DNA from: a virus
Taxonomy: Duplodnaviria > Heunggongvirae > Uroviricota > Caudoviricetes
Virus record (IMG/VR): IMGVR_UViG_2778261505_000002
Length of the DNA: 64,000 nt
Strand: one strand, 5' to 3'
The notes under the pieces: model-generated
Told to the model about the DNA's origin: nothing
Databases searched by the model: none
The model's input: only the letters and a program-made list of their open reading frames with translations
Shown: positions 18,214 to 27,321 of the stretch, piece by piece
Position numbering within the stretch: position 1 is the stretch's first letter
How the letters are laid out: each line of letters begins with the position of its first letter
Translations under genes and position numbers: made by a program

Positions 18214-19395
18214 ATGAGCCTTTATGTTATATCAACATTTAGGTTGGTCACAATATTGCCTGTTAAAAGTGGAATTATCGTGAGCGAGCTGAAAGAGCTA
18301 ATTACCGAATTAGATTTTGAACAATGGTTGGATACTGAAGGTATCGTTTATCGACGTGGAGGCGTGAGTGCTCGCGGTCGTGAAGTGAATATCAAGGAGT
18401 GTCCGGTATGCGGCAGCTCCAACTGGAAGGTATATTTCAATCTGACCAGTGGCGTCGGTAAATGCTTCGCTGGTGATCATCCCGAAGAGATTCAGTTCAA
18501 TAAGCTGGTCTTCCTCAAGCACTACAGCGGCAAATCACGACGACAGTTCGAGGAATATGTGCAGAACGCCCTTCTTTCCCAGGGGTGGGCACCAAAGAAA
18601 GAAGAGCTAGTGCTTGCAAGCACAGTCGAGTTAGAGGGGCCAGTTGCACTCCCTCGTCATTACGAGCTTCCTATAGATGGTCGTCTTCCAGACTATCTGG
18701 TTGAACGAAACATATCGCCTGAAATGGCAAAGTATTTTGACCTACGATACTGCGTCGAAGGCAAGCACGCCTATGTAGATCCGTATACAGATCAGGTTAA
18801 AGGACAGATATTCGATATGCGAATACTGATACCGGTTTACGATCTGGATGGGGTAATGAAGACATTTCAGGGACGAGACATTACCGGTACAGCAGAACGC
18901 CGCTACCTCTTTCCTATGCAGCTTCCAGCTTCAGGTAAATTTCTCTACAACGGCCATAATGCAGTCGGCAAACAGACTGTAGTTGTCTGTGAGGGTGCGT
19001 TCGATGTTATGGGGGTCAAACGAGCTATTTTCGACGAAGAAACATTACGTGATTACGTGGAGCCAATAGGAACGTTCGGGATGCATCTATCTGGCAACAC
19101 CACTCAGGATGCAGAAGATCAGTTGGGCGCGTTCCTGACGCTCAAGGCGCGTGGATTACGTAATGTGATCATGATGTGGGATAGTGAAAAGCAAGCTATA
19201 CGCAACACGATGGCCGCAGCCAGGCGACTGACCAGTATTGGTCTTAATGTCAAAGTGGCGTGTTTGGGCGAGGAAGGACTCGACCCGGGCGATGCAACGC
19301 CAGAGCAAATCATCAAAGCCTATTATCGGGCAAAACCGTATACCAAGCAGTTGGAGTTGCAAAGCAAGGTTTTGGGCATTAAGGCTCTATCATAA
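18214..19395 (+). CDS. DNA primase (zinc-binding + TOPRIM)
   Basis: CPVCGSS...CFAGDH zinc-ribbon-like motif and TOPRIM-like VVVCEGAFDVMG; start ambiguous (track ORF starts at 18142; 18214 carries the conserved AAAGAAAAACACATG context). Confidence 0.7.
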   Translation: MSLYVISTFRLVTILPVKSGIIVSELKELITELDFEQWLDTEGIVYRRGGVSARGREVNIKECPVCGSSNWKVYFNLTSGVGKCFAGDHPEEIQFNKLVFLKHYSGKSRRQFEEYVQNALLSQGWAPKKEELVLASTVELEGPVALPRHYELPIDGRLPDYLVERNISPEMAKYFDLRYCVEGKHAYVDPYTDQVKGQIFDMRILIPVYDLDGVMKTFQGRDITGTAERRYLFPMQLPASGKFLYNGHNAVGKQTVVVCEGAFDVMGVKRAIFDEETLRDYVEPIGTFGMHLSGNTTQDAEDQLGAFLTLKARGLRNVIMMWDSEKQAIRNTMAAARRLTSIGLNVKVACLGEEGLDPGDATPEQIIKAYYRAKPYTKQLELQSKVLGIKALS

Positions 19396-19470
19396 CAATC
19401 ACCTTCAAAATAAGTAGATGATTACTTATCTTTCTGTGAGAATACTTTCATCTGTTAGCTAGGAGTTGGT

Positions 19471-20253
19471 ATGAAAGACGAAATTCAGAAATTAGCCTGC
19501 GACATCATTGATAAAACTGGTTTAGAAATCAGCGAGAGCAATCGGCTAGACATCATTGAAAAAGCCGTAAAAACAGCAATGGATCATATCGCCACTCGTT
19601 TGGTCGAGATCCCGCTACCGGGGCTACCTTATCTGAAGGTTAAGTTACACGTATGGGGTGAACCTTCTTGTGCACGGCGTTCTGCATTAGTTGTTTTTAT
19701 TAGCAAAGAAAACCCGATCAGTCTTAAAGTGCAGGTTGGGGCATGGATGGATGGCAAAGTGATCTACACAAATACCGTTTTTTGTGCGTCAAATGACAGT
19801 ATTATTGAAGAGGCTATTCAAGAATCACTTCTAACTATGCATAGCTTATTTTTGCTGGAAGACAAGCAAAACTACGAAGAGTACTTACGGTCGATAAAAG
19901 GTGAGAGAACATTGTCACTTAAAGCCGATTTCGTTACCCCGACAAACCTGTTGGAAGTCTTGCTTAATAAAGGGGCTAATGATGCCGTAAATGTAATCAG
20001 AGAGAGTGAGTATGCGTCTCTTTGCGACATGTGCAAAAGCCAGTTGGATCTGGTGCATATCGTTATTGATGCTGGGAAGGCATGTGATGGCGTAATGGCG
20101 GAGTTTGCTGGGAAGATGGTCAGGATTGCTAACGAATTACCGATGATAGAGCAAGAGGCTAAATCATACGCCACCAATCATGTCACAGAGCTTCTTGTCC
20201 CCTATCGCTTAGAAAGCGATCAGCGCAAGATGATTAGCTGGGGAAGTTGGTAA
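19471..20253 (+). CDS. Hypothetical protein
   Basis: 260-aa ORF with upstream palindromic motif and GGAG RBS. Confidence 0.45.
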   Translation: MKDEIQKLACDIIDKTGLEISESNRLDIIEKAVKTAMDHIATRLVEIPLPGLPYLKVKLHVWGEPSCARRSALVVFISKENPISLKVQVGAWMDGKVIYTNTVFCASNDSIIEEAIQESLLTMHSLFLLEDKQNYEEYLRSIKGERTLSLKADFVTPTNLLEVLLNKGANDAVNVIRESEYASLCDMCKSQLDLVHIVIDAGKACDGVMAEFAGKMVRIANELPMIEQEAKSYATNHVTELLVPYRLESDQRKMISWGSW

Positions 20254-20308
20254 GCTCTCAGTGTGTCGTTTTTTACGCAAATAATGATAGGTAAGCACAA
20301 GATTATTT

Positions 20309-20791
20309 TTGGCGGTAATTGTGAAAGCTGATTTGTCAAAAATCCCCTCTATTTCAGGAAATAATGGTTATTCACTTCGTTGTGAGGAAGTAAAGATAAA
20401 CGGTGAGTCGGCATATTGCAGCTACTCCGTTTGCCAGCACACCATTCTTGCCTTCAAAGAAAACCGTCTTCCTCGAACTTCATTCCAGTCGTGCGCAACC
20501 GCTATCAAAGCAGGCAAATGCAAGGCGTTAAAAATGATGGTTGAAGAGATTCGTAAAGGAGAATCTCTGTATTTCGAAGATATGACCGCGCTCATTAAGG
20601 AGGTTGAAGAACGGAATAAACAAGCCAGAACTTTAAAACGAAAACGTGACAGTGTAACGATTAATAGCATGGTTAAGAAGAGCGCCACATCACAAACAGC
20701 GATCACTGACGTGTATGCGGCGTTGCTTGAAGAAACAACAAAAGAAACACATGAGCAAATCGATCAACATATGGAGGTAAAACAACAATGA
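20309..20791 (+). CDS. Hypothetical Cys-rich protein
   Basis: 160-aa ORF; several Cys in the N-terminal half; 3' end overlaps the ligase start. Confidence 0.4.
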   Translation: MAVIVKADLSKIPSISGNNGYSLRCEEVKINGESAYCSYSVCQHTILAFKENRLPRTSFQSCATAIKAGKCKALKMMVEEIRKGESLYFEDMTALIKEVEERNKQARTLKRKRDSVTINSMVKKSATSQTAITDVYAALLEETTKETHEQIDQHMEVKQQ

Positions 20792-22110
20792 AAAAGTTGA
20801 TCGCACTTAAGCATAAGCTGGACGAAATGAAAGTTATGGGCACCAATGCAAAAAAAGAGGCATTGGCCAACATGGATGACTTTGAACAAAGCATGGTTTC
20901 ATTGATGCTCAACCCTTTCATCCGTTTTGGGGTAAAGAAATACAAAGTGGCAGAGCCGCTTAGTGAGTCCATCCCAAGTGACGAAAAAGCCATTGATGTA
21001 CTGAATAAGCTGGCCTCTCGCGAGCTAACGGGGAACGCAGCAATAGCAGCTGTTGAGTCTATCGTGGCGTCAATGTGCGCCGATGGGCAGGACGTGTTCC
21101 GTCGTTTCCTCTTAAAAGACCCGAAAGCTGGCGTTGGGATTAGCCTATGCAACAAGGTTTTTGAAAATCCCATTCCGAAATTCGAGGTGCAGCTGGCGTC
21201 ACCGTATAAAGAAAAAGGCGACAAATACCCCTTCAAGCCAAATCCTAAAGCAAAATGGCCGATGATTGGCAGTCTTAAGCTCGATGGTTTGCGAGTAATT
21301 TGCGAGGTTATTGTTGACGAGGAAGAGGTTAACTTCCTTTCTCGTACTGGTAATCCAATCACGTCTCTCGATCACCTAAAGCCAGCCATGCTCGAATTAG
21401 GCAAACTTTCAGGCCACAAACACATCTTCTTCGATGGTGAAGGAACTGCCGGTTCATTTAACCAGTCCGTATCTGCATTGCGCAAAAAGAACGTGCAGGC
21501 AATTGGCGCTATTTATCATGTTTTCGACTTCTTCCTACCGGAATGGCGAGCACAGGCTAAATCCAAAGAGTATGCAAAGACAGGTATGAAGCTGAAAGAG
21601 CGCCTGGCTATGCTGGTGGCGTTGTTCAAAAACGATCGCAGTGAAGGCTACACACAAGACATTCACCTGCATCCGTTCTATATCATCCATAGCCACGAAG
21701 ACTTCATCGAACGCTTCATGAAACGCCTGGACGATAACGAAGAAGGGGAGATGGGCAAAGATCCGAACTCTGTTTACGAGTTTAAACGTACCCGCAGCTG
21801 GTGGAAGTTAAAAGACGAAGATTCAGAAGATGGTGAAATTATCGACTTTGAGCCGGGCGACCCGGACTCTGGTTTTGCCAACACACTTGGAAAAATTGTT
21901 ATTCGTCTTGAAAACGGCGTCATCGTTCGTGCGAGCGGCATTAAGCATAAATATCTGGATGAGATCTGGAACAACAAAGAGAAGTACCGTGGTCGTATTG
22001 TCGAGGTTCATTGTCACGAGAAAACACCGGACGGCAGCTTACGCCACCCACGACTGAAATGGCCGCGTTGCTTACGCGATACAGAAGATCGAATCGGAGA
22101 TAAAGAATGA
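20788..22110 (+). CDS. ATP-dependent DNA ligase
   Basis: Adenylation motif I (KLDGLR) and downstream nucleotidyltransferase motifs; 440 aa. Confidence 0.8.
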   Translation: MKKLIALKHKLDEMKVMGTNAKKEALANMDDFEQSMVSLMLNPFIRFGVKKYKVAEPLSESIPSDEKAIDVLNKLASRELTGNAAIAAVESIVASMCADGQDVFRRFLLKDPKAGVGISLCNKVFENPIPKFEVQLASPYKEKGDKYPFKPNPKAKWPMIGSLKLDGLRVICEVIVDEEEVNFLSRTGNPITSLDHLKPAMLELGKLSGHKHIFFDGEGTAGSFNQSVSALRKKNVQAIGAIYHVFDFFLPEWRAQAKSKEYAKTGMKLKERLAMLVALFKNDRSEGYTQDIHLHPFYIIHSHEDFIERFMKRLDDNEEGEMGKDPNSVYEFKRTRSWWKLKDEDSEDGEIIDFEPGDPDSGFANTLGKIVIRLENGVIVRASGIKHKYLDEIWNNKEKYRGRIVEVHCHEKTPDGSLRHPRLKWPRCLRDTEDRIGDKE

Positions 22111-22269
22111 TGCTCGGCTGGATGATTGCATTTTTAGCAGTTGGTTTTTTCATAGGTATTGTGGTGATGTCCAGTTGCATCAATGACTACATTAAAAGCG
22201 GTGTTATAGAAAGACGCGGTCGTATTTATCGCATTGTAGAAATAACCAACACCCTGAAGGAGATTAAGG

Positions 22270-22485
22270 ATGATCGTATTAAGTAAACGGGAGAAGGAAA
22301 CGCTTCATGAAATCAGTAAGTGGCCGGAGTTCCCTGAGTACTGGAAGCCTAAAACGCGAGCTAAGTTAGAGCGTTTAGGGTTGGTTGCAAACGTTTCTGA
22401 AACGTGGTGTTCGGCCAACTACCAGTTAACTGATAAAGGGAAAGTATTGCTACAGCAATTAGTAGAATCAGGAGCGTTAAAATGA
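22270..22485 (+). CDS. Hypothetical small protein
   Basis: 71-aa ORF with AAGGAG RBS. Confidence 0.4.
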   Translation: MIVLSKREKETLHEISKWPEFPEYWKPKTRAKLERLGLVANVSETWCSANYQLTDKGKVLLQQLVESGALK

Positions 22486-22630
22486 TTCCATACATCTCAT
22501 TAGCTTTTATGGGTGGCTTCCTTATCGGCTTCGGCATCTGTCGTGATTTAATTAAGCAGGAACTTAAAACCAAAACACTGTGCATCGGAAAGCGTGTGTA
22601 TCGGGTAGTTCATGAAACAAAGGTGAAAAT

Positions 22631-22921
22631 ATGAGCAATTTAACTTCTTGGGAATGGTGGTTGGCCACCTATTTCTTAGCGGCCGGAGTCGCATTCGCCT
22701 TTTACGTAGGTCAGTTAGTCGTAAAACTGTTGCTGATTAAATTTGCTAGTCATAAACGTATCGATGATGGTCTGTGGCGTCTTGGCACCCTGGTGGAAAC
22801 TCGCTACGGGCAACTTAAGGAGAACGAAACCATTACTATCCAAGCGAAACGATTCACTGCCACCATTACAAGAACACCTAGTCGTAGAGTGGCCTTGATC
22901 AAAAAAGTCACAACCGAATAA
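22631..22921 (+). CDS. Hypothetical membrane protein
   Basis: 96-aa ORF with an N-terminal TM helix. Confidence 0.4.
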   Translation: MSNLTSWEWWLATYFLAAGVAFAFYVGQLVVKLLLIKFASHKRIDDGLWRLGTLVETRYGQLKENETITIQAKRFTATITRTPSRRVALIKKVTTE

Positions 22922-23699
22922 AAACATATTGATAAGTATTTACTTACTTATCTTTTATGTATAAGATGACTTTGTTTTCGTTGAGACGCGACTGTTTGAA
23001 CTTAAATACAAGTGCAAACGAAGAAGTCTATCTGGCAGTAGCCTAATAAGCCAAACACCAGCGAGGTCAGTTTCCAGCCTCGTTACCGAAATGGGACACA
23101 CTGAGCGAGTGTGATTGCAGAACGCAGGAGGGAACATTCATGTTCCCTCCGATGAAGTAACAGAATGGGCGGTTGGTATATTTTCAACTCCATATGACTC
23201 CCGGATTCTTAGCCACTGACCGCCCATCCTGTTACGTCATTTTGTTCAATTATGTCGTTTATACTGGGTTAAAAAGCGGCGACGTAGCCCGGCTGGTATG
23301 GTTAGCCAGCACACAACGTTGAGGCCATTACATTTTTATCAATTCTAAGGTTCTATTCACAGAGATACCGGCGAGCGTTGATATGTAACATGTTGGGCAA
23401 ACATTCAATCGGAGTAGTGGCCTCAACGTTGTGAAGACAGGATTGTTGTGTAGGTTTAACCACTGTTGCCATTGGTGCCTGTTTTCACAACAAATGATTC
23501 CATACATCACATTGTATAAATTACAAAGTAGGTGCTGTCCTCAGAAACATCATCTACTTAAAGATTTTGCCTTCTACTATTGAGCGAAGTCGAAAGCGTC
23601 TGGCACTAACGAAAAGTGCAAGTAGCGGTGCGTTTCCTGGCAGAAACTAAACCGTCGCGATTGGCACTGTTGAGTAATAAATACTGGCAGTGCTGAATT

Positions 23700-23774
23700 G
23701 ATGGTGTAGCTCAGCGGTAGAGCAGTTGGCTGTTAACCAACTGGTCGGTGGTTCGAATCCACCCACCATCGCCA
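23700..23774 (+). tRNA. tRNA-Asn (anticodon GTT)
   Basis: Cloverleaf folded by hand: 7-bp acceptor stem GATGGTG/CACCATC, anticodon loop CTGTTAA, GGTTCGAATCC T-arm, encoded CCA. Confidence 0.85.
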
Positions 23775-23779
23775 ATTTA

Positions 23780-23866
23780 GGGGAGTTAGTCCGTAGAGGT
23801 AGCGGTGTAGACTGTAAATCTACTGTCATTGCGACTCGGGTGGTTCGACTCCATCACTCCCCACCA
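23780..23866 (+). tRNA. tRNA-Tyr (anticodon GTA), long variable arm
   Basis: Acceptor GGGGAGT/ACTCCCC, anticodon stem-loop GTAGA-CTGTAAA-TCTAC, long variable arm, T-loop TTCGACT, CCA; D-arm pairing is atypical. Confidence 0.75.
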
Positions 23867-23870
23867 AATT

Positions 23871-23946
23871 GCCGGTTTAGCTCAGTTGGTAGAGCGCCTG
23901 CCTTGTAAGCAGGATGTCAGCGGTTCGAGTCCGTTAACCGGCACCA
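23871..23946 (+). tRNA. tRNA-Thr (anticodon TGT)
   Basis: Acceptor GCCGGTT/AACCGGC, D-arm GCTCAGTTGGTAGAGC, anticodon loop CTTGTAA, T-loop TTCGAGT, CCA. Confidence 0.85.
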
Positions 23947-24163
23947 ACACAACAGGAAAGAGCATTGAAAACCGCCGAGACTGCCCTGTTTTAAGCGTAA
24001 GTCCGTGCAAACGTCATACAGTGCTCTTTTCGTTGTGGTTGATGCGCAGACTGATGCGCGGAAAGAAATGCCCCAGCGACACACGAGGCGAGTTCACACA
24101 CTGCAATGCAGTCAGTAGCCGGGGTCGCTAAGCCGGAGATCAGTACCGGTAACCACAACAATT

Positions 24164-24250
24164 GGAGAGTAGGGAGCATGGTGCTCAAGCGGTCTTGAAA
24201 ACCGTCCCATTGTGCAAGCGATGATGGTTCGATTCCATTACTCTCCGCCA
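24164..24250 (+). tRNA. tRNA-Ser (anticodon TGA), type II with long variable arm
   Basis: Acceptor GGAGAGT/ACTCTCC, anticodon loop CTTGAAA, 17-nt variable arm, T-loop TTCGATT, CCA. Confidence 0.75.
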
Positions 24251-24405
24251 GACACAGCGTTGAGCGGTTTGGCCTTTTAATCACCCAGATTAAGACTCCG
24301 CTAACATAAACCAGACCGCTCAACGCTGTGATAGACAATTACGGCAGACGTTCTTAACCATAGCTTGCTAACATCCTAGCAACACTTTTTTTCAGCGCAA
24401 AATTC

Positions 24406-24428
24406 AAAGGGGCTTCGGCCCCTTTTTT
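24406..24428 (+). terminator. Rho-independent terminator
   Basis: AAAGGGGC-TTCG-GCCCCTTTTTT: GC stem, tetraloop, T-tract; closes the tRNA cluster. Confidence 0.85.
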
Positions 24429-24471
24429 GCAACTGAAAGAGTCAAGTCTACGAACTTTGTAGGAAGAAATA

Positions 24472-24822
24472 ATGACCAGCAAAGAGAACACACCACTAAA
24501 AGTCACCCCTGAACACATTGAACAACTCATTCAAAGTGAACATTATTTCACTGCATATGATGCCAGCCACGGGGATAACTTCATCTCTGTTTACAATTCA
24601 AAAACAGATATCGACAAAGGTCATGAGTCGTTAAAACTCTTAACGTTCTGCGTTATGGTTCTCAAAAATGGATATACCGTAACGGGAAAATCTGCGTGCG
24701 TAAGACCAGAAATCTTCAACTTTGATGTTGGTCGCGAGTACGCTCGAAAAGATGCTATCGATCAAATCTGGCCCCTGGAAGGCTATCTCCTGAAGCAAAA
24801 GTGGCATGAGGCAAAGCAATGA
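24472..24822 (+). CDS. Hypothetical protein
   Basis: 116-aa ORF; stop overlaps the glutaredoxin start. Confidence 0.45.
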   Translation: MTSKENTPLKVTPEHIEQLIQSEHYFTAYDASHGDNFISVYNSKTDIDKGHESLKLLTFCVMVLKNGYTVTGKSACVRPEIFNFDVGREYARKDAIDQIWPLEGYLLKQKWHEAKQ

Positions 24823-25064
24823 CGATCACTATCTACGGACGAGATAACTGCTCATACTGCAAACGTGCGGTCGAGCTGGCGAAGCAACTAAAGGGACATG
24901 GCTACGGTGATTATGAGTACATCGACATCACCACTGCCGGTATCGACAAGGAAAAACTAAGTGAAATTGTTGGTAAACCGGTAGAGACTATCCCCCAAGT
25001 GCTGATCGATGGCCAACCGATTGGCGGATACACTGAACTGGCTGCATACGTCAGCACCCTCTGA
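24819..25064 (+). CDS. Glutaredoxin (NrdH/NrdC-like redoxin)
   Basis: 81 aa with CSYC redox motif near the N-terminus and TIPQV...G motif; thioredoxin-fold size. Confidence 0.8.
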   Translation: MTITIYGRDNCSYCKRAVELAKQLKGHGYGDYEYIDITTAGIDKEKLSEIVGKPVETIPQVLIDGQPIGGYTELAAYVSTL

Positions 25065-25066
25065 TT

Positions 25067-25095
25067 TTAACGGCTCACAGGAGCCGTTTTTATTC
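25067..25095 (+). terminator. Rho-independent terminator
   Basis: AACGGCTC-ACAG-GAGCCGTT followed by TTTTATT. Confidence 0.75.
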
Positions 25096-25274
25096 CCACC
25101 AAACTCACTCCCGTTTCCCTTAAAATTCAAAAAACAACGTCAAAATGATTCCATACCTACTATGTATGGAATCATTACTGAAAATGAGTTACTTTTACTC
25201 TTGATCCTATAAGAATCTATGCCTAATATACTGTTTACTTATACAGTGAATCGGCGTAACTCGGTGATTGTCAT

Positions 25275-26378
25275 ATGAAAAATAGCTTTGACAGAGCACG
25301 CGCTGCGGAGAACACCTCAAAAGAGGCGATTGAGTATCTCGAAAGAGCATCTCAAATGCAGGCCGTTATGATCTCGCAGGTTAGCAATGATATGAGATTC
25401 TCGGACGCATTCATGTTATTTACTCGCTTATCTCTGCTGATAACCAGACGTCGGCCAGAGATCGCTGTTCATTGTATTTTGATACATGTTTTGCCGCACA
25501 TTGCCGATGTAAAAGTAAGTGACATTAATAGGTTCATGGTGAACCAACTGGTCAACCCACTAATACTGGATGGCAAAATTGTTATGGGCCGCCGCGTTTT
25601 CTCTCTGATGAAGCAGTTCCTTAGCTGGTGCGCCTTCCAGGGGATGATAGACGTGTCACCGTTAAACGATATGTCACTTAACAAAGTTGCCGGTGGCGCA
25701 AAGCCCACACCTCGCGAGCGGAAGCTGACCGACGCAGAGGTATGGGTGTTCTGGAATATATGGGACTACTTCAATGTGTGCGCTGGTACAAAATGGGCGG
25801 CCAGGCTGTGTCTTGTATCCGCAAGACGACCTGACGAAGTACTGCGGGCTAAAAAAAGTGAGTTCAATCTTAAGCGTGGGGTTTGGAATCAAGGCAAGAG
25901 GAACAAATCTGCCCGTGAGCATTCGCTGCCTTTAAGCACATTAATGCGCACATGTATTGAAGAGTTGTTCGAATACGGTAAAGGCAGCCAGTGGCTCGTG
26001 CCTTCGAATAAAAAAATCGGGAAAGACCTTCCTATGTCTAAAGTGGCAATAGCCCAGGCATTACGTCGTATTCTGGAACGACCAGAACTGATGGAGCTTG
26101 AGCCATTTACACCCCGAGACTTGCGCCGTACTGCGCGTAGTTACTTCCCAGCATTAGGCATAAGCCAGGAGGTATCACGTAAAATCATGAACCACAGTCT
26201 TGAGGGGATAGATCGAGTCTACGACCGGCACGATTATATGGACGAGATGCGAGACGCCTTAGAAAGTTTCTCGACGTACATCGCATCAATCGTAGAGCAA
26301 CCGGATTTAGACGAAATTGACCACAAATTCAAGGGAGATCGTCTATCAACAGAGCTTATTCGTGTAAATTTTTCATAG
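25275..26378 (+). CDS. Tyrosine site-specific recombinase (integrase or resolvase)
   Basis: C-terminal catalytic-domain pattern (…RRPDEV…, FTPRDLRRTARSY, MNHSLEGIDRVYDRHDY) consistent with the R-H-R-Y signature. Confidence 0.7.
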   Translation: MKNSFDRARAAENTSKEAIEYLERASQMQAVMISQVSNDMRFSDAFMLFTRLSLLITRRRPEIAVHCILIHVLPHIADVKVSDINRFMVNQLVNPLILDGKIVMGRRVFSLMKQFLSWCAFQGMIDVSPLNDMSLNKVAGGAKPTPRERKLTDAEVWVFWNIWDYFNVCAGTKWAARLCLVSARRPDEVLRAKKSEFNLKRGVWNQGKRNKSAREHSLPLSTLMRTCIEELFEYGKGSQWLVPSNKKIGKDLPMSKVAIAQALRRILERPELMELEPFTPRDLRRTARSYFPALGISQEVSRKIMNHSLEGIDRVYDRHDYMDEMRDALESFSTYIASIVEQPDLDEIDHKFKGDRLSTELIRVNFS

Positions 26379-26759
26379 AGACTTTATGGCCTCAACAACC
26401 TTTTGTGATGCGCCTTTCTCTTTACCGAATCGCTCGTTATATGCAGCAAGAACCTGTTTTTCGTCCTCGTTAAGAGGAGCGGTGCCTTCTTTGTATAAAA
26501 ATGCTGCGAGTTCAGGTTGGCGTTCTTCCAGCACCATCATCATAAGACGACTTGGCTCAATACCCAGCGCCAGCGCCAACGGACGAACCTTATCGATAGG
26601 CAAAGGAATTTTGCCACTTTTAATTAAAGAAAGGTTGTTGGCATTTTTATAACCAATAAGTCTGGCTATTTGGGCCTGACTCATAGGTGAGGATTCAATC
26701 AGCCCTGCGATAAAAGCAGCATAGCGACTTTCTATAAATTCAATCTTGTTGTCAGACAT
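26373..26759 (-). CDS. XRE-family helix-turn-helix transcriptional regulator
   Basis: HTH segment (MSQAQIARLIGYKNANNLSLIKSGK); start set at internal ATG (track ORF extends to 26789); divergent from the downstream AT-rich region. Confidence 0.65.
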   Translation of the reverse strand: MSDNKIEFIESRYAAFIAGLIESSPMSQAQIARLIGYKNANNLSLIKSGKIPLPIDKVRPLALALGIEPSRLMMMVLEERQPELAAFLYKEGTAPLNEDEKQVLAAYNERFGKEKGASQKVVEAIKSL

Positions 26760-27010
26760 TGTTACAACCTTTGCGCGTTCAATTCTCACTGGTAAGTGCT
26801 TACCGATATTACATCAAAGGTTAGGGTTGTAAAGCTATTATCATTTTTTTCGATAGGCACTTAAAAGACCGGTTAAAGGCCATTGCACGGAGAAAAATTA
26901 GCCCAAAACAGGTAAGAAAATTAACTTGTATATGATATGAATGTATTCAGTATTGATATAAATTTTAGTAGTATTCCTTACCATAGTATAAGTTAGAATG
27001 GATTGATTGA

Positions 27011-27223
27011 ATGAACACCACTATTTCCAGCCTAATCGCTCTTGAGATCGGACACGTACAGAAATTAGCTGATGAGTGTGTAGCTGACATCCTCACCGAT
27101 CTACCGAATGAGCAGATTCAGGTTGGTGTGAATGACACAACTGGCTTTATATTCGAATTTAACAACAAACGCTTCACGCTTCTCAATACCGGCTCCGGGT
27201 CTTTAGCCGTCAGAATCTGTTAA
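27011..27223 (+). CDS. Hypothetical small protein
   Basis: 70-aa ORF followed by an inverted repeat (CTGCGCGAA...TTCGCGCAG). Confidence 0.35.
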   Translation: MNTTISSLIALEIGHVQKLADECVADILTDLPNEQIQVGVNDTTGFIFEFNNKRFTLLNTGSGSLAVRIC

Positions 27224-27321
27224 CCCCTCTTCTCCCTGCGCGAATGGCTTAGTTCCCTGTTCGCGCAGTGCTACATTAAACACACTAGTAAATAATTTGT
27301 TTTCATAACAAAGGATTAGCC

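Noticed and set aside
23647-24338. Short ORFs (60-115 aa) on both strands across the tRNA cluster
   Set aside because: They overlap well-formed tRNA cloverleaves and a strong terminator; no RBS
23700-26378. tRNA genes next to a tyrosine recombinase interpreted as an integration site (attP/attB)
   Set aside because: The tRNAs form a phage-carried cluster with their own terminator and the recombinase is ~1 kb away across two other genes; no duplicated tRNA 3' segment was seen, so integration at a tRNA is not supported by this window
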